From Patescibacteria group bacterium (lineage in GTDB: Bacteria > Patescibacteriota > Patescibacteriia > UBA9570 > JAHJKD01), in the NCBI GenBank assembly GCA_043798935.1, contig JAZDOC010000002.1:20874-84873 (forward strand): DNA of 64,000 nucleotides, read 5' to 3'. A model generated the notes under the pieces. The model had not been told where the DNA came from. It saw only the letters and a program-made list of their open reading frames with translations, and ran no database searches. A program made the position numbers and the translations under genes. Every line of letters begins with the position of its first letter. The stretch's first letter is position 1. This document shows, in pieces, positions 48,743-59,124 of the stretch.

Positions 48743-49726
48743 ATGGCCATTTTAGCCGAAATTCAAAAACAAATTTTAGCCGAAATTCAAAAAGCTAAAC
48801 ATATAATGCTAGTAGCCCACCCCAAGCCAGACGGTGATGCGGCCGGCTCTTGTTTGGCCATGGCTCATTATTTAGAAGATTTACATAAAAGCTTCACTTG
48901 TTTTTGTTTAGGTGATTTAAGCCCATCGCTTCTTTTTTTGCCAAAAAACCAATACATAAAAAATCAGGCTCATCATTTTACTGAAAATAAATTTGATTTA
49001 TTAATTGTTTTGGATTCGGGTGATTTACGCTATGCCGGCATTTCCGACTATTTGGATGGAATGACTCAAGATTTTAAAATTATTAATATTGACCATCATC
49101 CAACTAACGAAATGTATGGCCATTTTAATTTAGTGATTTCCGACGCTTCCTCAACTTGTGAAATTGTTTATAATTTATTAAATAGTGTTAAAGCCTTAAA
49201 TAAAAATATTTCTACTTGTCTTTTAACCGGGATCATTACCGATACGGGTGGCTTTTCAAATTTAGCAACCAGCGCCACGGCCATTGATACTGCCAGTCGT
49301 TTGTTATTACACGGTGCGAATTTTAATAAAATTCATAATCAAACTTTAAACAATCGTTCTCTAAATTCTTTAAAATTATGGGGGCGAGCTTTAGAGCGCT
49401 TATTTAAAGATCCGGAAACTGGTTTTATTACGACAGCCATTACCCGCCAAGATTTAGATGAGTGCGATGCTGATTTAGATGCGTGTGAGGGGGTATCAAA
49501 CTTTCTCAATACCCTAGAGGAATCTAGAAATCAAACCGTAATGGTTTTAAGCGAACGTGAAGCTGGACAAATTAAAGTTTCACTACGCACCACTTCGCCT
49601 TTGATTGATGTGAGTAAATTTGCTAAACTAAATGGTGGCGGTGGACATAAAAAAGCCGCCGGCTATAGTATTAAAGGATCATTAACTAAAACTTCATATG
49701 GATGGACAATTAAAAAACTCGACTAA
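48743..49726 (+). CDS. nrnA: Bifunctional oligoribonuclease/PAP phosphatase NrnA (DHH/DHHA1)
   Basis: [22 protein letters not shown] and [10 protein letters not shown]. Confidence 0.92.
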   Translation: MAILAEIQKQILAEIQKAKHIMLVAHPKPDGDAAGSCLAMAHYLEDLHKSFTCFCLGDLSPSLLFLPKNQYIKNQAHHFTENKFDLLIVLDSGDLRYAGISDYLDGMTQDFKIINIDHHPTNEMYGHFNLVISDASSTCEIVYNLLNSVKALNKNISTCLLTGIITDTGGFSNLATSATAIDTASRLLLHGANFNKIHNQTLNNRSLNSLKLWGRALERLFKDPETGFITTAITRQDLDECDADLDACEGVSNFLNTLEESRNQTVMVLSEREAGQIKVSLRTTSPLIDVSKFAKLNGGGGHKKAAGYSIKGSLTKTSYGWTIKKLD

Positions 49727-49730
49727 CCAA

Positions 49731-50303
49731 ATGCTAATTCCGACAGTTATTGAAAAATCTCCATTGGGAGAAAGAGCTTACGACATTTATTCGCGTTTAT
49801 TAAAAGAGCGCATTATTTTTTTAGGTAGCACTATCGACGACCAAGTAGCTAATACTGTTATTGCACAACTATTATTTTTGGAATCCGAAGATAGCAAAAA
49901 AGACATTAAAATTTATATTAACTCTCCGGGCGGAATGGTAACAGCCGGGTTAGCGATTTACGACACCATGCAATATGTAAAATGTGATGTGAGTACGATC
50001 GTTGTAGGAGTAGCGGCTTCTATGGGGGCAACATTACTAGCGGCTGGTGCTAAAGGAAAACGTTTTGCTTTGCCTAACAGCGAGGTTATGCTTCATCAGG
50101 TGATGGGTGGTGCTGAAGGCCAAGCTTCTGATATTAAAATTCGCGCCGAACATATTTTAAAAATAAAAGATCGTTTGAATAAAATTCTAGCAAAACATAC
50201 TGGCCAACCACTTAAAAAAATTGATGCTGACACAGACCGAGATTTTTACTTGAACGCCGAAGAAGCCCTAAAATATGGGCTAGTGGACAAAATTGTTAAA
50301 TAG
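49731..50303 (+). CDS. clpP: ATP-dependent Clp protease proteolytic subunit
   Basis: [26 protein letters not shown] and DTDRD. Confidence 0.98.
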   Translation: MLIPTVIEKSPLGERAYDIYSRLLKERIIFLGSTIDDQVANTVIAQLLFLESEDSKKDIKIYINSPGGMVTAGLAIYDTMQYVKCDVSTIVVGVAASMGATLLAAGAKGKRFALPNSEVMLHQVMGGAEGQASDIKIRAEHILKIKDRLNKILAKHTGQPLKKIDADTDRDFYLNAEEALKYGLVDKIVK

Positions 50304-50338
50304 TGCTACGCTATTAATTGCCTTTTAATTATTAAACA

Positions 50339-50493
50339 TCTTGGCAAAAGCTGTATCCGGTTAAGAATAAAGTTGAAGGCAAATAACTTTTCAGAAAATC
50401 AATCTTTCTATTATTCATATATAATGAACAATCTAAAAAGACATTTTTAATTAGCTTTCATAAACCTTAATTGTAAGGTGTCTTTTGCCAAGA
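50339..50493 (+). ncRNA. Candidate 6S-like RNA (long irregular rod) upstream of rny
   Basis: 12-bp closing stem TCTTGGCAAAAG/CTTTTGCCAAGA; nested pairings GGTTAAG/CTTAATT, TGAAGGC/GCTTTCA and CTTTT/AAAAG; apical TTCAT/ATGAA. Confidence 0.5.
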
Positions 50494-50509
50494 GAAGAGT
50501 ATAAAATTT

Positions 50510-52039
50510 ATGCAAATGGAAATTTTAGGTCCAGTTCTTTTAGTTGCCGGGCTGGTAGGTGGTTCAATATGTGGCTATTGGCTACGTAAATTATTAGCCT
50601 CTAAAGAGCAGGATTCAGCCGAAGCCAAAGCTGAAAGAATCATTAACGAAGCTAAAAAACAAGAACAAGAAGTGACAATTAAAGCCAAAGACAAAGCAAT
50701 TGGCATTATTAACGAAGCCAAAAAAGAAGAACAAGAAAGACGCACGGAGCTTAAAGAACTGCAAAAGAGATTAGAAAACAGAGAAAATTTATTCGACAAA
50801 AAATTATTAGAGCTTGAAAGCAAGCAACAAAGTTTGTACGACAAAGCTAAAAGTGTTGAAAAATTAAAAAAAGAAATTGATGGCATTAAAGTTGAACAAA
50901 TTACTAAATTAGAAAAAGTTGCCTCTTTAACCCAGGATGAAGCGCGTAATACTTTATTGGAAAACGTTGAACAACAAAGCCAGGAAGTTTTACTAAGCCG
51001 AATGCGCAAATTGGAATCCATCACTTCCGAAGAATTAGAAAAAAAGGGCAAAGAAATGTTAACCACAGTTATTCAACGCTGTGCTTCTTCGCACGCGGCT
51101 GAAAGCACCACTACAGTAGTGCAGTTACCCTCTGATGAAATGAAAGGGCGTATTATCGGACGCGAAGGTCGAAACATCAAACGTATTGAAGAATTAACCG
51201 GCGTCGAAATTATTGTTGATGATACACCGGAAGCAATAGTAGTATCTGGTTTTTCTCCGATCAGACGACACTTGGCCAAACGCGCTTTAGATCAATTAAT
51301 TGCCGATGGTCGAATTCATCCCACAAAAATTGAAGACGCTATTGAAAAAGCTAAAAAAGAATTAGCTCTTGATATTAAAAAAGCTGGGGAAGAAGCCATG
51401 TATGAAACTGGCGTCACTGGCTTTGAACCTAAACTGGTTCAAATATTAGGACGGTTGAAATATCGAACTTCTTACGGACAGAATGTTTTGCGCCATAGCG
51501 TAGAGGTTTGCCAATTATCAGGTCTTATCGCTGAAGAGCTGGGTGCTAATGTGGCAATCTGTAAAAAAGCCGGCTTACTACATGATATTGGTAAAGCCGT
51601 TGATCATGAAGTCCAAGGTACTCATCCGGAAATTGGTCGCGACATTGCTAAAAAATTCAATTTACAACCCGAAGTGATTGTGCCCATATTAGAGCATCAT
51701 GAAGATCATCCTTCCACTTTAGAAGCCGTGATCGTAAAAGTAGCCGATGCCATTTCTGGGGCCAGACCCGGTGCTCGCAAAGATACTTATGAACAATATT
51801 TACAAAGACTTGAAGAATTAGAAAATGTAGCTTTGGCTTTTAAGGGTGTAGAAAAAGTTTATGCTATTCAGGCTGGTCGGGAAATTAGAGTGTTTGTTAG
51901 ATCAGAAGAAATCAGCGACATGGACGCCATTAAATTATCTAAAGAAATCGCTCGTAAGATTGAAGAAGAACTACGCTATCCGGGTGAAATTAAAGTGAAT
52001 GTGGTTCGAGAAACCAGAGTAGTGGAATACGCGAGATAA
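50510..52039 (+). CDS. rny: Ribonuclease Y
   Basis: N-terminal TM helix, coiled coil, KGRIIGREGRNI KH domain, LLHDIGK HD domain and AIQAGREIRV. Confidence 0.98.
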   Translation: MQMEILGPVLLVAGLVGGSICGYWLRKLLASKEQDSAEAKAERIINEAKKQEQEVTIKAKDKAIGIINEAKKEEQERRTELKELQKRLENRENLFDKKLLELESKQQSLYDKAKSVEKLKKEIDGIKVEQITKLEKVASLTQDEARNTLLENVEQQSQEVLLSRMRKLESITSEELEKKGKEMLTTVIQRCASSHAAESTTTVVQLPSDEMKGRIIGREGRNIKRIEELTGVEIIVDDTPEAIVVSGFSPIRRHLAKRALDQLIADGRIHPTKIEDAIEKAKKELALDIKKAGEEAMYETGVTGFEPKLVQILGRLKYRTSYGQNVLRHSVEVCQLSGLIAEELGANVAICKKAGLLHDIGKAVDHEVQGTHPEIGRDIAKKFNLQPEVIVPILEHHEDHPSTLEAVIVKVADAISGARPGARKDTYEQYLQRLEELENVALAFKGVEKVYAIQAGREIRVFVRSEEISDMDAIKLSKEIARKIEEELRYPGEIKVNVVRETRVVEYAR

Positions 52040-52069
52040 TCTGTATTTTTATTAAAACATTTTATATCT

Positions 52070-52097
52070 GTAAAGACGCGCCATGGCGCGTCTTTAC
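52070..52097. repeat. REP-like family A
   Basis: Perfect palindrome GTAAAGACGCGCCATGGCGCGTCTTTAC followed by a T-tract. Confidence 0.9.
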
Positions 52098-52175
52098 TTT
52101 TTTATCTATTTACCTTGCCTTATTCTAATTTTATAATATACTGGAAATATTATTATTAATGACTGAATCATAATT

Positions 52176-52604
52176 ATGCAAGCCAGAACAATCGACAACC
52201 AACACATAATCATCCTTGAAAAAGAAGAAGAATTAATTGAAACGCTCACAGCCTATTGCGGTGACCAAAATATTCAAGCCGGTATTATTACTGGCATCGG
52301 CTCTACTAACGATGCGATTTTAAAATACTTCAACCAAGACACCAAAGAATACATTGCAAAAAAATTCTCCGAAAAAAACTTTGAAATAATTTCTCTAGCC
52401 GGAAACGTATCATTCATCCAAGATAAACCTTTTACTCATATCCATGCTGTTCTTAGTGACGAAAATTACACAACCTTTAGTGGACACTTGGGCTCGGCTA
52501 TTATTGGTGTTACTTGTGAAATCATCATTACTGCCATTAATGACGCCTGGCACAGACAATATGATGACGAATCTAAATTGAACTTAATAAAATTTTATAA
52601 TTAA
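52176..52604 (+). CDS. PPC domain (DUF296) putative DNA-binding protein
   Basis: GIGS, FEIISLAGN, HIHAVL, GHL and TCEI. Confidence 0.9.
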   Translation: MQARTIDNQHIIILEKEEELIETLTAYCGDQNIQAGIITGIGSTNDAILKYFNQDTKEYIAKKFSEKNFEIISLAGNVSFIQDKPFTHIHAVLSDENYTTFSGHLGSAIIGVTCEIIITAINDAWHRQYDDESKLNLIKFYN

Positions 52605-52614
52605 TTGAATCTGC

Positions 52615-52642
52615 GTAGAGACGCGCCATGGCGCGCCTCTAC
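52615..52642. repeat. REP-like family A
   Basis: GTAGAGACGCGCCATGGCGCGCCTCTAC. Confidence 0.9.
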
Positions 52643-52774
52643 TTAAAAAAACACATGAAACTACATTAGTTTAAAAAAATCGGTTCGGAAAAAGTCAAAA
52701 ATAATTTATTCTTTATATCGCGGATTATTTACATACATTTAGAACCTGTTATAATACAAACACAATTAAATCAC

Positions 52775-52891
52775 TAACTGTTAGAGGCGCTCCTAATGGG
52801 GCTGAGAAGTACTCTTAACACCTGATCTAGATAATGCTAGCGCAGGGAAACAGAATATAAACTGTTTTCTTGCGATAAAACAGTTTTTTTT
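52775..52891 (+). promoter_or_regulatory. TPP riboswitch with intrinsic-terminator expression platform
   Basis: GCTGAGA, CCTGATCTAGATAATGCTAGCGCAGGGAA and P1 CTGTT/AACAG; terminator AAACTGTTTT..AAAACAGTTTTTTT just before thiN. Confidence 0.92.
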
Positions 52892-53518
52892 ATGAAAGTA
52901 ATAATCATCGCCAATGGCGAAATCAATAAAATAAAAAACATTAAACAATATAATTTTATAGTTGCGGCTGACGGTGGTGCTAATTATTGTTATCAAAATA
53001 AAATTAAACCTAATTTAATTATAGGCGATTTTGATTCTATAGATAATAAAGTCAAAAAATATTATTCGAAAATGAAAAGTATTGTTCATATAATAGATGT
53101 CGATCAAAATACTACTGATATTGAAAAAGCTCTAAATTATATAAAAAATAATTTTAAAAATAAATTAAAATCTAATTCGCGTATTGATATTTTAGGCGCT
53201 ACTAGTAATATTCGTCTCGACCATACTTTATATAATGTAAATCTGCTTAAACAATATTCTACTCTGCCAATTAAAATAAACTCGTTAAATTATTCGGTTG
53301 AAATTATTTCAAAAAATAAAATTATTAGAAACCGAAAAAATAAAACCATCTCTCTTTTTTCAGTTAGTAAAATAAAAAAAATAAACCTAACCGGTTTCAA
53401 ATGGCTGTTGCCAAATAATTGTAATCAAAACAATATTTCTGTTTCTAATGTAATAATTAGAAACATTGCCAAAATAAATTTTTCTCAAGGAAAAATAATT
53501 TTAATAATTAACAAATAA
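52892..53518 (+). CDS. thiN: Thiamine pyrophosphokinase
   Basis: IVAADGGAN, IIGDFDS, DQNTTDIEKAL, RLDHTL and SVSN. Confidence 0.93.
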   Translation: MKVIIIANGEINKIKNIKQYNFIVAADGGANYCYQNKIKPNLIIGDFDSIDNKVKKYYSKMKSIVHIIDVDQNTTDIEKALNYIKNNFKNKLKSNSRIDILGATSNIRLDHTLYNVNLLKQYSTLPIKINSLNYSVEIISKNKIIRNRKNKTISLFSVSKIKKINLTGFKWLLPNNCNQNNISVSNVIIRNIAKINFSQGKIILIINK

Positions 53519-53521
53519 TTT

Positions 53522-54553
53522 ATGAAAAAAACAGTATTAGTATTGCTAGCGCTCGTGCTAGTGATAACTGGATGCCAAAACATCGACACGGCGGATAATA
53601 ATAAATTGGTAATATATACTTATGACAGTCTCAGCGCCGAATGGGGATTGCTCCCGCAAATTTTAGATGAGTTTAAAACTCAAACTAGCACTGAAGTAGA
53701 AGTGGTTTCTTTTGCCGATACCGGGACAATGATGAATCAATTAATCTTAGAAAAAGGCGCGCCTAGAGCCGACATTGTGCTGGGGTTAGACAATGTAAAT
53801 TTTCCGGATGCGCAAAAGAACGATCTGTTAACTGCTTACACTCCAACGCGGGCCAGCGAAATTGATCAGTCGTTATTGTTCAATGAAGATTATTTAATGA
53901 CACCTTTTGACTATGGATATGTGGGCTGGGTTTATGATTCGGAAAAAATAAAATTTCCGGACGAAATTAGCTTACTCGACTTAGCTTCCAGAAAATATAA
54001 AGATCAGATTATTATTGAACAAGTCGGAGCGTCTTCGCCCGGCACTCAATTACTACTATGGACTAAAGCTGCATTAAGCGCTGATGATTATAATACTTTC
54101 TGGGATAATGTGGCCAGTAATGTATTAACCACAGCACCGGATTGGAGCACGGCTTATTATAGTTTATTTATGGAAGGCGAAGCGCCAATAGTGCTTAGTT
54201 ATCTAACCAGCCCGGCCTACCATATCGACCAAGAACAAACTGATCGTTATAAAGCTATTGCCATTAAAGAGGGCTATATGCGTCAGGTGGAGGGCGTGGG
54301 CGTTGTAAATAATGCCAACAATGAAAAATTAGCCCAAAAATTTATTGATTATTTATTAACCGACCAAGTGCAAAATAAAATCCCCACAACCCAATGGATG
54401 TTTCCGGTGTTAGGCGACGCGTCTACCTGGCCAGAAGCTTATCAACAAATAATTACTCCGTCGGCCGAACAGGTTTTACAAATCGATCCCGCAGAATTAA
54501 GTAGTGATTACAACAACTGGCTTACCGAATGGAATGAATATTTTGGTATTTAA
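53522..54553 (+). CDS. thiB: Thiamine ABC transporter substrate-binding lipoprotein
   Basis: ITGC lipobox; YTYDS..EWG, ADIVLGLD, SSPG, VLSYLTSPAYH and IPTTQWMFP. Confidence 0.93.
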   Translation: MKKTVLVLLALVLVITGCQNIDTADNNKLVIYTYDSLSAEWGLLPQILDEFKTQTSTEVEVVSFADTGTMMNQLILEKGAPRADIVLGLDNVNFPDAQKNDLLTAYTPTRASEIDQSLLFNEDYLMTPFDYGYVGWVYDSEKIKFPDEISLLDLASRKYKDQIIIEQVGASSPGTQLLLWTKAALSADDYNTFWDNVASNVLTTAPDWSTAYYSLFMEGEAPIVLSYLTSPAYHIDQEQTDRYKAIAIKEGYMRQVEGVGVVNNANNEKLAQKFIDYLLTDQVQNKIPTTQWMFPVLGDASTWPEAYQQIITPSAEQVLQIDPAELSSDYNNWLTEWNEYFGI

Positions 54554-55934
54554 TAAAATCTTTTTTAGCTTGTGGGAAAGCTTGCTAACTGTGGGGCTTT
54601 CCCTGATACTAGGTGGCGGTCTAGCGCTTTTAGAGTTTAAATGCAAAGCCCGGTCTTCAAAAATATTTAATAGTTTAATGGCTCTGCCCATTTTTCTACC
54701 CGCCTTAATAGTTGCTACCGGTTTTGTGGCCGTGTGGGGAAATGCCGGTTATGTAAATGAATTATTAAATTTTCTTGGGTATAATAAAATTAAATTTCTT
54801 TATTCACCGCTCGCCATTATTGCGGCGCACTGTTTTTACAATATACCGCTAGCATATCTGGCCATTAATAACCGCTTAGCCTCAACACATATTTATTTAG
54901 AAGAAGCCAGCCAAGTGATGGGTGCCAATGCTTGGCAAACCTTTAAAAGCATTACCTGGCCCCGTTTGAAAAACATCGCAATTAGCATTAGCATAGTAAT
55001 TTTTCTATATTCCTTTTTAAGCTTTGCGATTCCATTAATTCTGGGCGGATTAAAATATCAAACTCTAGAAGTTTATATTTATTCATTGATTACCCAGCAA
55101 TTAAATTTTTCCAGTGCTCTTTTTGCGGCTGGCTGGCAATTTATATTTTTATTTATAATAGTTATAATATTTATAAAATACCTAAATATTTTCCCAGAAA
55201 AAAAAATCAAAAGCATTCGGCCGAAACTCTCAACTGCTCATACACTGCTAATCTACAGCGCTCGTTCAGCGATGATAATTTTTGTGGGCTTACCTCTGAT
55301 TGGATTACTAATTAAAGGAGGCGGTGGTATAGATTTTAATAAATTAATGGAAATCGATTTATTAAACAGCTGGATAAGATCATTCCTGCTCGCCAGCGCT
55401 TCAATTATTATTTCTTTTTTTATTAGTTTAATAATTTTATTTAAGAAATCATCTCTGGGAAAATATCTTATTTTTTTACTGGCGCTTTCTCCAATTATGG
55501 TCGGCTTGTTGTTGTTTTTAGTTTTCCGAAAAAATTTATTTTCCATGCCATTCGCGTATTCACTCATGCTTATACCTCTGGTATATTATCTCATCTCTAA
55601 TCAGTGGGGGTCTCGACCCATCTTCTTCGAAGAAACATTAAATATTCTAGGAGCCAACGGCTTGCAAAAAATAAAAGCTTGCCTGTATTATTTAACTCCT
55701 TCATTAACTAAAGCCGCGGCCTTAGGTTATGCTTTGGTTTTTGGCGACATCGCCATTGCCAGCTTATTAGCGCCATATAATCAGCCGACAGCCATGTCTT
55801 TAAGCTACGGCTTATTAGGTAATTATCGCTTTGGCCTGGCCTCAACTTGCATGAGCCTGGTATTGATTAGCATCTTTATTATCGTAATATTAATATATTT
55901 GTTAACATATAAATATGATTTTGAAAATAAATAA
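54534..55934 (+). CDS. thiP: Thiamine ABC transporter permease
   Basis: Two permease repeats; AHCFYNIPL, LEEASQVMGA and TLEVYIY. Confidence 0.88.
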   Translation: MNILVFNKIFFSLWESLLTVGLSLILGGGLALLEFKCKARSSKIFNSLMALPIFLPALIVATGFVAVWGNAGYVNELLNFLGYNKIKFLYSPLAIIAAHCFYNIPLAYLAINNRLASTHIYLEEASQVMGANAWQTFKSITWPRLKNIAISISIVIFLYSFLSFAIPLILGGLKYQTLEVYIYSLITQQLNFSSALFAAGWQFIFLFIIVIIFIKYLNIFPEKKIKSIRPKLSTAHTLLIYSARSAMIIFVGLPLIGLLIKGGGGIDFNKLMEIDLLNSWIRSFLLASASIIISFFISLIILFKKSSLGKYLIFLLALSPIMVGLLLFLVFRKNLFSMPFAYSLMLIPLVYYLISNQWGSRPIFFEETLNILGANGLQKIKACLYYLTPSLTKAAALGYALVFGDIAIASLLAPYNQPTAMSLSYGLLGNYRFGLASTCMSLVLISIFIIVILIYLLTYKYDFENK

Positions 55935-56556
55935 TTTGAGCAAAGAATTTGATTCTAAAATAATTTTAAATAAGGTAGCTTTAACTACTAAAGCCAATGC
56001 GGTGCTAGCCATCGTGGGGCCGAGCGGTTCAGGCAAAACCACGCTCTTGCGCTGTATCGCCGGATTAGAAAATTACCAGGGTGAAATATTTTTCGATGAT
56101 AAATTAATAAACAGCGTTCCGACAGCTAAAAGAAACATCGGCTTGGTTAGCCAGGACTTGGCATTATTTCCGCATTTAACAGTCTGGGAAAATATTGTTT
56201 ATCCTTTAAAAATCCGCAAAATAAAAAAAGAAGGGATCGGGCTGCGGGTAAATAATATCTTAGAAAAATTAAATATAGCCGAATTTAAAAATAAATTACC
56301 GCAAAATATTAGCGGCGGCCAGCAACAGCGCGTGGCCATTGCCCGCTCGCTCATTTATCAGCCAGAAGTTTTATTACTCGACGAGCCTTTCGCTCAGTTA
56401 GATCAAGATCTGAAAACAGAACTGCTCGGCTGGTTAAAACAAATTTTACATCAAGAAAGCATCCTCACGTTATTTGTGACGCACGATCTGGAAGATGCTA
56501 AATATATTGGAGACAATATTATAAGAATTTCAAATACTCAAATTAAAATGCTATAA
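55915..56556 (+). CDS. thiQ: Thiamine ABC transporter ATP-binding protein
   Basis: GPSGSGKT, SGGQQQR and LLLDEPF; operon context. Confidence 0.85.
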   Translation: MILKINNLSKEFDSKIILNKVALTTKANAVLAIVGPSGSGKTTLLRCIAGLENYQGEIFFDDKLINSVPTAKRNIGLVSQDLALFPHLTVWENIVYPLKIRKIKKEGIGLRVNNILEKLNIAEFKNKLPQNISGGQQQRVAIARSLIYQPEVLLLDEPFAQLDQDLKTELLGWLKQILHQESILTLFVTHDLEDAKYIGDNIIRISNTQIKML

Positions 56557-56563
56557 TAAGAGC

Positions 56564-57352
56564 ATGAAAATTTTATTTTTTGGCGATATCGTGGGCAAAA
56601 TCGGCCGGCAAGCTATTAGCTACCACTTGCCGGATTTAATTAAACTGCACGAGCCGGATTTGGTTTTAGCAAATGGCGAAAACTTGGCTCATGGTATGGG
56701 TTTAACAGAAAAAACAATTTTAGAAATGCAGACAGCCGGCATTAATTTTTTTAGTACCGGCAATCATGTTTACGACAATACCCAAGGCAAAGAATATTTA
56801 AACAAAACCGAAGCGCCGGTTTTAAAACCAGCTAATCTGGACGGTCCCGGAAATGGCTACGCCATTATTAAACAGGCCGAACACAATATTTTATTTATTA
56901 ATTTATTAGGCAAAGTTTTTATTGATAAAAATCAGTCTTGCCCGTTTAAAACTTTTGATATTATTTTACAAGCCACAGCCGAAGTAAAGCCAAAAATAAT
57001 CATCGTAGATTTTCATGCTGAAGCCACCAGCGAGAAGCAAACTTTCTGGTATTATGTTAACGGCCGAGCCAGCGCCGTGCTTGGCACTCATACGCATGTA
57101 GCCACGGCCAACCCGCGCCTTAGTTCTTTGGGTACGGCTTTAGTTGAAGATGTTGGCATGGTAGGCGGAAGTGACACTGTACTGGGCGATAAAAAAGAAA
57201 GCATTATAAATCGTTTTTTAACTGGCATTAAAACCGCTCTGGAACCAACCGAACAAGGGCCAGTTATGATTAATGCCGTGTTATTAAATATTGACGACAG
57301 CACTGGAAAAACTACTAATATTAAACGCATTGACCTGGTTAGTGAGACATAA
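56564..57352 (+). CDS. ymdB: YmdB-family (TIGR00282) metallophosphoesterase
   Basis: GDIVG..GR, NGENLAHG, TGNH, DFHAEATSEK and GTHTHV. Confidence 0.93.
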   Translation: MKILFFGDIVGKIGRQAISYHLPDLIKLHEPDLVLANGENLAHGMGLTEKTILEMQTAGINFFSTGNHVYDNTQGKEYLNKTEAPVLKPANLDGPGNGYAIIKQAEHNILFINLLGKVFIDKNQSCPFKTFDIILQATAEVKPKIIIVDFHAEATSEKQTFWYYVNGRASAVLGTHTHVATANPRLSSLGTALVEDVGMVGGSDTVLGDKKESIINRFLTGIKTALEPTEQGPVMINAVLLNIDDSTGKTTNIKRIDLVSET

Positions 57353-57407
57353 TATACTTAATGTAAATAAATTAAGAAAATCTAATCATTAATTTTATTT
57401 CAAAAAT

Positions 57408-57692
57408 ATGAACAAAGCCAAATTGATTGAAACCCTTTCGGAAAAAACAGGATTAAACAGGCTGCAAATTGAAAATGTGATCGATAGCATGCAAAAAATT
57501 ATTATTAGCACTATTAAAAGCGGGGGTATTGTATCACTAACCGGTTTTGTTACTTTTTCATCTCATACCCGCCACGCCCGCATGGGTGTTGACCCCAGAA
57601 ACCCTAAAGAAAAAATGGAAATTCCAGCCGTTCTCGTACCAAAGTTTAAAGCCGGCAAAGCTTTAAAAGATGCTTTAAAAGATAAAAATTAA
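57408..57692 (+). CDS. hup: HU family DNA-binding protein
   Basis: MNKA.LI, R.ARMG.DPR and PKFKAGKALKD. Confidence 0.93.
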   Translation: MNKAKLIETLSEKTGLNRLQIENVIDSMQKIIISTIKSGGIVSLTGFVTFSSHTRHARMGVDPRNPKEKMEIPAVLVPKFKAGKALKDALKDKN

Positions 57693-57713
57693 TTATTAAT
57701 TAAATAAAAAATT

Positions 57714-58865
57714 ATGAAAAAACTATCGTTTGCGTTTTTTCTGATGTTAGCGCTCGTGGTAGCATCTCCGGCGTTAGCTGATTATGGTTATGAAAATACC
57801 ATCTCAGATTGTGCCTCACACGTAGCTTGGACAGATGCAATGGGCACTACACTTGAAATTTACATGATGCCAGTAGAGGCTACCCCTACTAGTATCACAC
57901 TGCAATTTATTCCAAGTTTTGATTTGAGCGATTGCACAGTAAAAACTCCGATTGGCTATACTGTTTTTGACGGTGTTAGTGTTAAAATGACTTCTGATAT
58001 TACCACTCCGGTAGGCGATGAAGAAGTACAGATCATATTAAATGATGATGCAAGCGGTGAATTAGAATATACTTTCACTGATTTAGACCCGGCCACTGAA
58101 TATCAATTCCGTGTTGACGGCTTGTTTGAAACAATTGGTGGCACTCCATACACTGGCAGTGTATCGGATAATGTATACTACGCTACCAGCACTGATCAAT
58201 CAACTAACTTTGCTATTGCCTCTGACGGTGTATTAAGCTGGACATGGGCAGAAGGCACTGCAAGTAATATTAAAGCTGACGTGGCTTTTTATGATGAAAA
58301 TGATGAACAAATAGTTTCAACTGTAAAATATAAAACATCGGATGGCGAGTATGACTATTATGATTTCGCCAATCAAATGTATAATGGCAATTATTATGCA
58401 ACTCTGACTACTTCAACAAAAAAAATATATGATTTAGTTGACCACAGAATTTGGGCTACGCCGGTAACATTATATTTCACCACCGTTAATGGCGTTGTCG
58501 TTTCTTCTTCGTATACACCTCAAGATGAAGAAGAAGAAATTGTATTAACTTCTCCGACCCAAAAACCGGTCATTAAAAAAGCTGGCGTTAAAACCGGTAT
58601 CGTGATGAAAAAGGCGCCTAGTTATTATGGCGAAGGTTATTACTACAAATTTGTCTTCTACAAGAAAAAAGGCAAAAATACAGCTTTTACATGGAATAAC
58701 GTAACAACAAAAAATAAGTCGATTTCTAAAAAACAAAAAACAAAATTAAAAAATGGTATAAGCAAAGGCCAAGCGAAATACCGCTATGTTCGAGCCAAGC
58801 TATGTAACTCTGAAGGTTGCGGACCGTGGTCTAAATATAAAAAATTCAAAGTAAAAAAGAGCTAG
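57714..58865 (+). CDS. Secreted protein with FN3-like domains
   Basis: Signal peptide SPALA; FTDLDPATEYQFRV and VRAKLCNSEGCGPWS FN3-like motifs. Confidence 0.75.
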   Translation: MKKLSFAFFLMLALVVASPALADYGYENTISDCASHVAWTDAMGTTLEIYMMPVEATPTSITLQFIPSFDLSDCTVKTPIGYTVFDGVSVKMTSDITTPVGDEEVQIILNDDASGELEYTFTDLDPATEYQFRVDGLFETIGGTPYTGSVSDNVYYATSTDQSTNFAIASDGVLSWTWAEGTASNIKADVAFYDENDEQIVSTVKYKTSDGEYDYYDFANQMYNGNYYATLTTSTKKIYDLVDHRIWATPVTLYFTTVNGVVVSSSYTPQDEEEEIVLTSPTQKPVIKKAGVKTGIVMKKAPSYYGEGYYYKFVFYKKKGKNTAFTWNNVTTKNKSISKKQKTKLKNGISKGQAKYRYVRAKLCNSEGCGPWSKYKKFKVKKS

Positions 58866-58874
58866 ATAGTGAAT

Positions 58875-58912
58875 AAAATTAGCCTACTGGCATAAAGCCA
58901 GGGGCTAATTTT
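58875..58912. terminator. Family D palindrome acting as terminator
   Basis: ATTAGCCTACTGGCATAAAGCCAGGGGCTAAT followed by a T-tract. Confidence 0.7.
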
Positions 58913-59054
58913 TTTTAAATAATATTCATTGTTTAACATCAAGCCCCGCCCTTTATGGGCGTGGGCGAATATTAAACATTGTTTATCTCTATTGACAAAG
59001 CTCGGCCCAAATGCTAAATTATCAAAGCTTAATTATTTATACGCTTATTCTTAA

Positions 59055-59098
59055 ATCCATGCTTTTCAGGCCAGGATCATCTTGGCCTAGAAAAGCGA
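59055..59098 (+). promoter_or_regulatory. Structured rpsF leader (possible S6:S18 autoregulatory RNA)
   Basis: Hairpin GCTTTTC-AGGCCAGGA..TCTTGGCCT-AGAAAAGC upstream of rpsF; promoter TTGACA at 58992. Confidence 0.35.
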
Positions 59099-59124
59099 AT
59101 AAGCTCTAACGAAAGGACAATTAA

